DNA from: an uncultured Methanosarcinales archaeon
Lineage (GTDB): Archaea; Nanobdellota; Nanobdellia; Woesearchaeales; 21-14-0-10-32-9
Length of the DNA: 64,000 nt
Reading direction: 5' to 3'
Assembly: GCA_964501945.1 (NCBI GenBank)
Contig: CAZCTY010000002.1
Location: 2,541-66,540 of the forward strand
The notes under the pieces are model-generated. The model made no database searches, was not told where the DNA came from, and saw only the letters and a list, made by a program, of their open reading frames with translations. Shown here in pieces: positions 14,513 through 22,707 of this stretch (the stretch's first letter is position 1; every line of letters starts with the position of its first letter). Position numbers and translations under genes: made by a program.

Positions 14513-16023
14513 TTTACACTCACCGTTTCCAAGCCCATTTCTTTTAATTTAGGCAATAAATCATCTTCATTAACAGAATTTGTAACTTTGACAAGCAAAG
14601 AAAAATTCTTCCTCAACCCAATATTTGTACCCTCAGGAGTCTCACTCATACAAAGCCTACCCATATGAGTAGGATGCAAAGCTCTAGCCTCAAAATTTTC
14701 TTGACTAGCACTAAGCGGACTTACAACCCTTTGAAGTACAGACAATAATTGAATATAATTCATCCTCTCAATCCTCTGAGAGATACCCTTACGCGCGCCA
14801 ACCCAGTTACCAGTCGCCATACTACTATAAATCCTCTGAGTTAAAAGCTTCTCCCTAATAATAACACGAATACTAGGAAACTTCCCACGCTTAACAATCC
14901 TTTGAAAATTATATAACATATCCCCAATTAAAACTTTAATATTAACCCTGAACAAATCCGCCAATAAGTCACCTGCTAATTTCAACCTTTTATTAGAATA
15001 ATGATCTTTATCAGGCATAGCTAAATCCCCATTAGCAACACCTAAATAAGTCCTGATGAACTTACAAAGATTAACAGCCTTAGCAGCCCTATCCTCCGTG
15101 GCTAAACCAATATGAGGAAGCAAATACTTATCCAAGATGTCTTTAACCCTCTCAATCCTAACTTCTTTAGATTGAGTAATACCCATCTCTTTTGCAATAT
15201 AATCTATCGCATCCTCCTCTGATTTAATATCTGCAAACTCATATAAATTAATAAAAACCTCAGAGCTATTAGGCAAATCAATAAGCTTCATAATCTCCTC
15301 ATCCTTAATAACACCAAGTGCTTTTACAAGCACAGTTATAGGAATCTTACGAACCCTCGTAAAAGAAATATACAAAATCTCATCTTTTTGCTTTTCAATT
15401 TGATGAGGAATCTTATACGATCCCCTCTCAGAGAAAATCTTACCAATAAAATCAACAGTCCCCGTAGATTGCTCTTCCACAATAAAACGATTAGCCGCCA
15501 AATCCTCAACGGATACAATTACTTTCTCAGTACCATTAATAATAAAGTAACCACCAGGATCATCAGGATCCTCCCCAGCTTTAATAAGCTCTTCACGAGA
15601 TTTGCCTTTAAGATGACAATACTTACTTTTAAGCATTATAGGAATATTACCAATCTGAGTAGTAAAAGACTCTTTTTGCTGACCATTTACATGAGCAGAT
15701 ACTTCTAAGAAAACAGGCGCAGAATAAGAAATCTTCCTAAGCCTCGCCTCAGAAGGTAACAAATCACGCTTAGAACCATCCGCCTCAGTTATCTCAGGCT
15801 TTTCAACAGTGATCCTATCAAGCCTAATTTTAAATTCTTCAACATTAGTTGGAATAATAGTAGGCTCAATTTCTTTGTTTTCTTCAATTATTTCCTGAAG
15901 CTCTTCTAACATGAACTTATTAAAAGAATCAATATCAGATTGAGCAACAGAATTTTCTTCAAAAAACTTTTTTAAAAGAAGCTTAGACTTATTTAATTTT
16001 ATATCTTGAAAAATCTTACTCAT
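14509..16023 (-). CDS. rpoB2: DNA-directed RNA polymerase subunit B'' (N-terminal half of B)
   Basis: GGYFIINGTEKVIV and LHPTHMGRLCMSETPEG motifs. This is the split-B arrangement. Confidence 0.95.
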   Translation of the reverse strand: MSKIFQDIKLNKSKLLLKKFFEENSVAQSDIDSFNKFMLEELQEIIEENKEIEPTIIPTNVEEFKIRLDRITVEKPEITEADGSKRDLLPSEARLRKISYSAPVFLEVSAHVNGQQKESFTTQIGNIPIMLKSKYCHLKGKSREELIKAGEDPDDPGGYFIINGTEKVIVSVEDLAANRFIVEEQSTGTVDFIGKIFSERGSYKIPHQIEKQKDEILYISFTRVRKIPITVLVKALGVIKDEEIMKLIDLPNSSEVFINLYEFADIKSEEDAIDYIAKEMGITQSKEVRIERVKDILDKYLLPHIGLATEDRAAKAVNLCKFIRTYLGVANGDLAMPDKDHYSNKRLKLAGDLLADLFRVNIKVLIGDMLYNFQRIVKRGKFPSIRVIIREKLLTQRIYSSMATGNWVGARKGISQRIERMNYIQLLSVLQRVVSPLSASQENFEARALHPTHMGRLCMSETPEGTNIGLRKNFSLLVKVTNSVNEDDLLPKLKEMGLETVSVK

Positions 16024-16336
16024 TTATTACACCCCTATAAAAAACAGACTCGCCTGCTGTAGCACTATTTCTAGTGATTTTTATCACGTCATTTTCTTTA
16101 ACATCCAAATGACGAATAGCAGGATCTTTTTTAAGAATCTTAGGCAATTCTTTTATTGTTATGTTATGATATTCAAAAAGCTCTTTTATTTCTTTTTCAG
16201 ATAGCTTCTCATGAATAGGCACAAAGGAATGAACTATTTTAGATGTGTCCTTCGGCGCTTTTTGTTTAGCTGAAGATTTTTTTGCTACCTTAACAGCTTT
16301 TTTAGAAGTAGTTTTTTTAACTTTTTTATCGGCCAT
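16016..16336 (-). CDS. rpoH: RNA polymerase subunit H (Rpb5 homologue) with a Lys/Ala-rich N-terminal tail
   Basis: The core is HSFVPIHEKLSEKEIKELFEYHNITIKELPKILKKDPAIRHL..VIKITRNSATAGESVFYRGVI. It is preceded by MADKKVKKTTSKKAVKVAKKSSAKQKAPKDTSK. Confidence 0.85.
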   Translation of the reverse strand: MADKKVKKTTSKKAVKVAKKSSAKQKAPKDTSKIVHSFVPIHEKLSEKEIKELFEYHNITIKELPKILKKDPAIRHLDVKENDVIKITRNSATAGESVFYRGVINE

Positions 16337-16379
16337 TTTAACTTATATACCCCCTCGATTATACGAGCTTTAAAGATGA

Positions 16380-16453
16380 TGAGTCGGACGAGATTTGAAC
16401 TCGCGACACCTTGGTTAAAAGCCAAGTGCTCTACCAGGCTGAGCTACCGACCC
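16380..16453 (-). tRNA. tRNA-Lys (anticodon TTT)
   Basis: The reverse complement folds by hand as GGGTCGG TA GCTC AGCCTGGTA GAGC A CTTGG CTTTTAA CCAAG GTGTC GCGAG TTCAAAT CTCGT CCGACTC A (74 nt). No CCA is encoded. Confidence 0.9.
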
Positions 16454-16479
16454 GAAAAAATAAAAATAAAAGAGATGAA

Positions 16480-16554
16480 CGCCCTGGCCGGGATTCGAAC
16501 CCGGGTCGAAGCCTCGACAGGGCTTCATGATAGGCCAGACTACACCACCAAGGC
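16480..16554 (-). tRNA. tRNA-Asp (anticodon GTC)
   Basis: The reverse complement reads GCCTTGG TG GTGT AGTCTGGCCTA TCAT G AAGCC CTGTCGA GGCTT CGAC CCGGG TTCGAAT CCCGG CCAGGGC G (75 nt). Confidence 0.9.
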
Positions 16555-16719
16555 ATAACAATCATCTCTTGCTCGTGAATAAAGCATTTTATCTAGCATA
16601 ATGCGGAAATTTAATCGCTTTATAAAACTTACGCTTTTTAATAGTGAATTCATATTATTAAAAACACAATAAAATCAAAGATAACACTTTATCAGTAACA
16701 AAAAAATATTAAAAAAAAA

Positions 16720-16839
16720 TCCCTCGGGGGAGATTTGAACTCCCAACCTTTCGGTTTCAGCTGACCATAAATCATCCAACCCGTTTGGGCAGTCAAATGG
16801 TTTCTACAGCCGAACGCTCTACCGTTGAGCTACCGAGGG
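16720..16839 (-). tRNA. tRNA-Tyr (anticodon GTA) interrupted by an intron of about 48 nt at the canonical 37/38 position
   Basis: The reverse complement reads CCCTCGG TA GCTC AACGGTA GAGC G TTCGG CTGTAG [48 nt] A CCGAA AGGTT GGGAG TTCAAAT CTCCC CCGAGGG A. It has the C1:G72 pair typical of archaeal/eukaryal tRNA-Tyr. Confidence 0.85.
16756..16803 (-). other. tRNA-Tyr intron (boundaries ambiguous by 1-3 nt because of flanking A residues)
   Basis: Insert AAACCATTTGACTGCCCAAACGGGTTGGATGATTTATGGTCAGCTGAA lies between anticodon-loop G37 and A38. ACCAT/ATGGT and exon GCTG/intron CAGC complementarities flank the junctions. Confidence 0.7.
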
Positions 16840-16861
16840 CTAGAGAGCAGAGACGCATATT

Positions 16862-16880
16862 TTTTTATAAAAGTTTCCTT
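16862..16880 (-). promoter_or_regulatory. putative BRE/TATA promoter for tRNA-Tyr (possibly bidirectional, shared with the GTPase gene)
   Basis: The minus strand reads AAGGAAAC TTTTATAAAAAA, with the TATA centre about 28 nt upstream of the tRNA 5' end at 16839. Confidence 0.45.
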
Positions 16881-16943
16881 TATTTTGAAAAAATAAGAAA
16901 AATAGCAACATAAATAAATTAAGAAAAAAAACCTAATTAAGAT

Positions 16944-17699
16944 ATGGTAAGTTTTTGGAACGCTGTAAATAAAGTAATAGAACAAGCAGACATACTATTA
17001 ATAGTAGTTGATGCAAGAATCGCAGAAGAAACAGTGAATACAGAGGTAGAAAATAAAATAAAAAAAACAAAAAAACCTTACTTTTATGTTATAACCAAAT
17101 GCGATTTAATCACACAAAGAAAAGCAGAGATGCTAAAAAAAGAAATTAGACCCTCAATTTTCATATCATCAAAAGAATATCACGGACTGAAAAAATTAAG
17201 AGAACAAATCATAATTACAGGCAAAAAAAATTACTCAGAAAAACAATCATATGTAGTAGGCGTTCTAGGATACCCTAATGTTGGAAAATCCTCACTTATA
17301 AACGCATTAAATGGGAGAAGCTCTGCTGGAGTTAGCAGTACTAGCGGGTTTACAAAAGGAATACAAAAAATTAGAAGCGATAATAAAATACTTTTCTTAG
17401 ATAGCCCCGGAGTGATACCATACAAAGAAAAAGATGCATTAAAACATTCAATAATTGGAACAATAGATTATAATAGAGCGAAAGATTTAGATTTAGTAAT
17501 ATACAAACTATTCGACACATTCCCAGGCATAATAGAGAGACACTACGATTTAGACACAGACCTCGAAGAAGATGAAAAAATTGAAATAATCGCTAAAAAA
17601 AATAATATGTATAAAAAAGGCGGCATCCCAGATATTGAGCGAGCATCAAGAAAAATACTAAAAGATTGGCAAGAGGGAAAAATAAAAAGTACCAAGTAA
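16944..17699 (+). CDS. circularly permuted GTPase (YlqF/RbgA/Nug-like ribosome-biogenesis GTPase)
   Basis: G4 (ITKCDL) precedes G1 (GYPNVGKSSLINAL) and G3 (FLDSPGV), which is the permuted order. Confidence 0.75.
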   Translation: MVSFWNAVNKVIEQADILLIVVDARIAEETVNTEVENKIKKTKKPYFYVITKCDLITQRKAEMLKKEIRPSIFISSKEYHGLKKLREQIIITGKKNYSEKQSYVVGVLGYPNVGKSSLINALNGRSSAGVSSTSGFTKGIQKIRSDNKILFLDSPGVIPYKEKDALKHSIIGTIDYNRAKDLDLVIYKLFDTFPGIIERHYDLDTDLEEDEKIEIIAKKNNMYKKGGIPDIERASRKILKDWQEGKIKSTK

Positions 17700-17721
17700 G
17701 AATTCTTTAAAAAAATATTGT

Positions 17722-19191
17722 CTAAAAAAGAGAATTAAACCAATTAAAAAGGTCCCTGATAAAATTAGAACGATTATTTGAATTAACAAAATCTAATTCT
17801 TTAATATCAAAAGGAGCATCATCAACAAAGGCAACGTTATAAGGCTCAGTGTTACCAAAAATATCAACCACTCTATATAAAATTTTATCTTGATTCTCAT
17901 CAATTAAAACAGGCTCTTGAAAAACCCACCAAGAAGAACCATTATCAAAACTATATTGAAAAATATCCGCACCAACAGAATTATTAGAACTTAAAACAAA
18001 ACCAGGATTAATAAAACCATCCCCTTCTATTTTAACAAATTCAAGATTACTCTCAACAGACTCATATGAAATGTTTAAAGAAATACTCTTAGACGTAGAA
18101 AATCCTGCATCATCAACAGCATTAAAAGTCACATCACAAACACTTTCACTTTGAATGCAACCTAATTCAAAAGGATAAACGCTTGCAGAAAAATTACCAC
18201 CAAAAGATAAGTCCCCCTCAAAGAACACATCACCTGAATAAACATTTTCTAAAAACTTAACCGAAGAAGGATACGCATTAAAACTTATATTAAATTCTTC
18301 AAACCAATCAACACTACTTGGAAGGTTTAAATTTGAAATAGAAGGCTTTGAAGTTATATCTGTTTCTTTTACAAATAAAAAAAAATTAGAAGATAAAACT
18401 CGCCGCCTATCCAAAACATCTTCATCCTCGTTTAGTGCAATACCTGATTGAATACTTGAGAGATTAAACAAAGCAGACTCCTTATAATCAAGCCTAAAAA
18501 AACCATCCTCACCCCACTCATCACCCCAACTATTTTTTAAAATCCAATAATTTCCAGAATCATTATACCCAATTAATAAAACACTATGCGCAAACAAAAA
18601 ATCACCACTTTCATAAGAATAAACCCCGCCCGTATAATTTTTAAAATCCTCATAAACATACATCCTAGCAGCAACAGGACCATAATTTACTAATACGTGC
18701 TTAACAGTATCAAAAACCCCATCAGATACACGATAATAACCTGGAATAGAAAGCCTGCCAACAGAAGTATTCTCACAAAGATAACTAAACACATCAACCC
18801 CACGATAATCAAGAAAATAATTAGAAACAACACCCTCCTCAACAACAAAATCTAAAGCGCGATGTTTAAAACCACCAATGCAAGAAATATCCTCTGAACA
18901 AGATAAAATAAATTGTTCAGATAAATCAATATCATAATTAGAATCATTTAAATCCATACGAGCCCTCGCCTCAAGCAAAGAAGCAACAGTAAATGCAGTA
19001 CAAGAACCACAATCTCCTTGATCTTTTATAGGAGAAATCCACCCATAATCTCTTAAGTCAAAGCTAGATGGATTAGAAAAATTAACAATATGGGTGTAAT
19101 TAAAAAAATTATCCTCATAACTACTAACAAGAACTGAGAACCATAAAAAAAAGAAAAAAACAAACCCTAAAAAAAATATTTGCCTACCCAT
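17722..19191 (-). CDS. secreted papain-family (C1A) cysteine peptidase with a C-terminal beta-rich extension of about 230 aa
   Basis: Signal-like N-terminus MGRQIFFLGFVFFFFLWFSVLVSS. Catalytic contexts are DQGDCGSCTAF (Cys), AHSVLLIGY (His) and ILKNSWGDEWGEDGFF (Asn). Confidence 0.85.
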   Translation of the reverse strand: MGRQIFFLGFVFFFFLWFSVLVSSYEDNFFNYTHIVNFSNPSSFDLRDYGWISPIKDQGDCGSCTAFTVASLLEARARMDLNDSNYDIDLSEQFILSCSEDISCIGGFKHRALDFVVEEGVVSNYFLDYRGVDVFSYLCENTSVGRLSIPGYYRVSDGVFDTVKHVLVNYGPVAARMYVYEDFKNYTGGVYSYESGDFLFAHSVLLIGYNDSGNYWILKNSWGDEWGEDGFFRLDYKESALFNLSSIQSGIALNEDEDVLDRRRVLSSNFFLFVKETDITSKPSISNLNLPSSVDWFEEFNISFNAYPSSVKFLENVYSGDVFFEGDLSFGGNFSASVYPFELGCIQSESVCDVTFNAVDDAGFSTSKSISLNISYESVESNLEFVKIEGDGFINPGFVLSSNNSVGADIFQYSFDNGSSWWVFQEPVLIDENQDKILYRVVDIFGNTEPYNVAFVDDAPFDIKELDFVNSNNRSNFIRDLFNWFNSLF

Positions 19192-19200
19192 TTTTAAAAA

Positions 19201-21708
19201 TTATTTTTTAGATAAAAACTTATCAATATCAGATTTAAATCTTTGCAAAGTTTTAATTAAGTGCTCAGGCTGAGTTTTTAAAATATTAGCAGCTTCTTGA
19301 ACAACATCACCTTCAAATACATCAGTACTTGTTAGAGCAAAACTCTCTAATTTTTTCTTTTTAGCCCTCTTCCACATATTAAATAATTCTTTTGCCCTTG
19401 CAGGAATTTGATTTTCACCACACTCTAAAATCTCACAAGCTTTTTTAATAACTTCTCTCTCTTTTTTAAAGTAATTATCCGCAGCAAGACCTGCAATGAA
19501 TTCTAACCTGATAATACCATCTTGAATCTTAGATGATTTAATAATTTTAATGCGACCAACATCCCCAGTTACATCTAAATGAGTACCGCCACACGCCTCA
19601 ACATCAAATTCATGAATATTCACAATTCTAAGCTCTCTGCCTGGCACAGCCCCGCCTTGATAAATCCTAACACCAAACAAAGACTCAGCAACATTTCGCT
19701 TCATAAAAGATTTGTAAACGGGACGATTTTGAGAGACAATTTCATTTGCTAATGATTCAATTTTTTTCAATAAAGCACCAGAGAGCTGAGCGTAATGAGT
19801 TATATCAAGCCTGCTCTTCTCAACGGTTTTAGACGCGCCAGCTTGCCAAACGTGATCTCCTAAAACTCTACGAGCACAACCAGTTAATATGTGAGTTGCG
19901 GTGTGATGCTGAGCTAATTGAATACGCTTATCAATATCAATTTCCCCTTTAACAGTGTCACCTTCAGAGAAATTAACTTCTTTTAATTCATGCAAAATCA
20001 CACCGCCCTGCTTTTTAACATCAACAACACTTATACCATTAATAGTACCCGAGTCATTTATCTGCCCACCACTAGTCGGATAAAAAGCAGATTTGTTTAA
20101 AATAACAAAGTAAGAATCATCCCCTTTAATTATTTTTAAAACATTAGCATCAAAGCTAACCAAGTCATAATGTTCAAAGTATAGCGCAGTAGTTGTTGGA
20201 ACATTTTTTAAATCAAACTTTTCATCCAACGAAGTGCTTTGCTCTTTTAATTCATGCCTTTTGGCAACAAGAGAATAAAAGTTAGATGGAATTTCTAAAG
20301 ACCTGCCAATTTTAGCCGCCTCTTCTTTTATTATCTCCGGGGCGACTCCGTTACTATCATAAACTTCAACTAGTTTTTCAACAGAGATGTCTGATTTGAC
20401 AAGTTTTTGAACAAGCTTTTTATTACGCTCAATGCTCTCTTCATACTTTAATTTTTCAACACTAATAATATTTTTAACATGATTTAAATTATCAGATAAC
20501 TCAGGAAATAAAGGCTTTAGATAATCAGCGTGCCAAGCACAAACCTCACCTAAATCTAAATCCCAACCTTGCTCATCAATAAACCTTAAAGCCCGCCTTA
20601 AAATCATCCTAAGATTATAACCACCTTTAACATTAGATGGAAGCGCACCATCACTAATTGCAACAAGCAAGCTCCTAGAATGCTCAGCAACAGAATACAA
20701 AGCCCTTAGAGGCAACAATTTTTCTTTTAATTCCCTAACAGATAAATCAAGCTTTTTTGCAACAAACTCCCACGAAGAATTAATATCATCAGTTTCATCA
20801 AGATTTAAAAGAGAACCATAAGGAACAAATTTTCTCAAAAAATCCTCATCTTTAACAACACCAGTTTTCTTAACAAGCTTATCTATAACATCTGGGAAAA
20901 CCGCGTCATAAATCGTGCTTGAACCCTGAGAGAACCAAGCAACACGCTCATGACCCATACCCATATCAAGAACTTTAAGATTTAAATTCTTAGAACCTTG
21001 AGGTGTTTGCTCAAACAACATGTAAACCTGATTTGCAAGCTCTGAGCCCTTACAAAAAAATTCTAAACAAGAACCAAAATTACCACCACCAGCCCAAGCA
21101 TCTTCATGAATAGTAACCTCATCTTCAGGCAAGCCTAAAATTAATAAAAACCAATCAAGCAAGTCTTTAAAATATTTGTCCTGTTGCCACTCTTTATCAG
21201 AATTAAATGCATGTTGACCAATCATGACAAAGCCAGTGTGATGCGACATAGTAACGCCTACGTTATCAACATCATTAAAACGAAGAGAAAACTGAGGCAC
21301 AACTAAAGGATTAGCAGGAGGATCAACCTCTCCATTAACCACGTATGGCTGAAAGTTATAAATACTTGCCTGAACAAAGTCAGTATCATCACGCCACCTT
21401 GCAACAACAGAATAACGAGGAATAGACTCATACCCCCTAGATTCCATGAATTTAGAGAATTCTTTCCAAGTTTCAATGTATGATAGTTTCTTTTTTACAT
21501 TACCCCCCTCAAAGAAACGAAAACCACCACTACAAGAAGGCTCACCACAAACAAACCTATTTAGATTTTTAGTCCAAAAAAAAGTCCCACAACTACACTG
21601 CTTTCTATGAAAACCCTCAGATTTTAATTTTGATATAGGAAAATATTTTTCAGGATTTTTATTAACTTCTAACTTAAAATCTTTTTTTATTTGCTTATCC
21701 GGGAGCAC
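19201..21708 (-). CDS. alaS: alanyl-tRNA synthetase (archaeal type)
   Basis: 835 aa. Editing-domain motifs HHTATHIL and CGGTHL, with a class II core preceding them. Confidence 0.9.
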   Translation of the reverse strand: MLPDKQIKKDFKLEVNKNPEKYFPISKLKSEGFHRKQCSCGTFFWTKNLNRFVCGEPSCSGGFRFFEGGNVKKKLSYIETWKEFSKFMESRGYESIPRYSVVARWRDDTDFVQASIYNFQPYVVNGEVDPPANPLVVPQFSLRFNDVDNVGVTMSHHTGFVMIGQHAFNSDKEWQQDKYFKDLLDWFLLILGLPEDEVTIHEDAWAGGGNFGSCLEFFCKGSELANQVYMLFEQTPQGSKNLNLKVLDMGMGHERVAWFSQGSSTIYDAVFPDVIDKLVKKTGVVKDEDFLRKFVPYGSLLNLDETDDINSSWEFVAKKLDLSVRELKEKLLPLRALYSVAEHSRSLLVAISDGALPSNVKGGYNLRMILRRALRFIDEQGWDLDLGEVCAWHADYLKPLFPELSDNLNHVKNIISVEKLKYEESIERNKKLVQKLVKSDISVEKLVEVYDSNGVAPEIIKEEAAKIGRSLEIPSNFYSLVAKRHELKEQSTSLDEKFDLKNVPTTTALYFEHYDLVSFDANVLKIIKGDDSYFVILNKSAFYPTSGGQINDSGTINGISVVDVKKQGGVILHELKEVNFSEGDTVKGEIDIDKRIQLAQHHTATHILTGCARRVLGDHVWQAGASKTVEKSRLDITHYAQLSGALLKKIESLANEIVSQNRPVYKSFMKRNVAESLFGVRIYQGGAVPGRELRIVNIHEFDVEACGGTHLDVTGDVGRIKIIKSSKIQDGIIRLEFIAGLAADNYFKKEREVIKKACEILECGENQIPARAKELFNMWKRAKKKKLESFALTSTDVFEGDVVQEAANILKTQPEHLIKTLQRFKSDIDKFLSKK

Positions 21709-21914
21709 TTACAACCACCTATTATAATAAAAAAAATGTTTTCTTTTTTATATGTTACTAAAAATTAAGAATAAAACACAGATAAACAACAAAACAAAAA
21801 TTATAACAGAAAAATAAAAAATAAAAAATAAACAATGCTAAAAAAATTAGTTTTTATTAAATAGTAGCTACAAAAGTAAATTTTAAATAATAAAGCAAAC
21901 TATGAACTTATAAA

Positions 21915-22688
21915 ATGCGCGGTGTATTTAAAAAAATATTATTGATTGGTGCAATTACAGGGTCTATGCTTTTACCTAAAAACGAGTACCAAATACAAGA
22001 TAGTAATAAAAATCTAGAAAACACAATAACAGCAGAAATTAAAAGAAATGAACTAGTAATAGATGCGAGTAGAAAGAATGTAGGCGTAGATTTTTACACA
22101 TTTTTTAGATACGTATACACAGATAAAGATTCAAGAACTTGCCCTGATAGCTACAGAGAATTAGAACCTAAAACGAAGCAAGATATAAAATTAGGACGCG
22201 CCCTTAAAGATTCATTACAAATTATATATGAATCAATGATACCAAATCATAAAAAAGAAGATAACTGGGGGCCGATGTTAAAGAGCGAGATGAGAATCCC
22301 TAATGGAACATATACGCCTTGGCACCAAGCATTAGACATATTCTCAAAGAACGGAACAAAAGTAATAGCACCTTTCTCAGGACTTGTAATTTCCTCAGGA
22401 GATATGTGGCGAGGAGAATATAATAACAATAAAATTACAAATTGGAACGGAAAAGGACTTACCATTAGAGGAGGAAACGGAGTTATAATATACAATCCCG
22501 AAGAGAGAGGATACATGTTAATAACGCACTTAGATGAAAACATAAAAGTTCAAGCAGGAGATTTTATAAGCAAAGGAAGCACCATTGGACGCATAGGCCC
22601 GACAGGAACTGCAAGTAGATTAGGACATGATAACCACATACACGTCGCATATAAATTACCTACAGAAGATAACTTATTAAAGCCATAA
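21915..22688 (+). CDS. secreted M23 (LytM/lysostaphin-type) metallopeptidase
   Basis: N-terminal hydrophobic signal KKILLIGAITGSMLL. HxxxD motif in WHQALD, HLDENIKVQAGDFISKGSTIGRIGPTG, and HxH in NHIHVAYK. Confidence 0.8.
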   Translation: MRGVFKKILLIGAITGSMLLPKNEYQIQDSNKNLENTITAEIKRNELVIDASRKNVGVDFYTFFRYVYTDKDSRTCPDSYRELEPKTKQDIKLGRALKDSLQIIYESMIPNHKKEDNWGPMLKSEMRIPNGTYTPWHQALDIFSKNGTKVIAPFSGLVISSGDMWRGEYNNNKITNWNGKGLTIRGGNGVIIYNPEERGYMLITHLDENIKVQAGDFISKGSTIGRIGPTGTASRLGHDNHIHVAYKLPTEDNLLKP

Positions 22689-22707
22689 ATTTTGAATACA
22701 GATTCTA

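Noticed and set aside
16376-16558. 60-aa plus-strand ORF in the track
   Set aside because: It lies exactly antisense to tRNA-Lys and tRNA-Asp. It is an artefact of the GC-rich tRNA sequence.
16380-16944. tRNA cluster as an integration hotspot or mobile-element boundary
   Set aside because: No integrase, direct repeat of a tRNA 3' end, or foreign-looking genes flank it. The neighbours are rpoH and a conserved GTPase.
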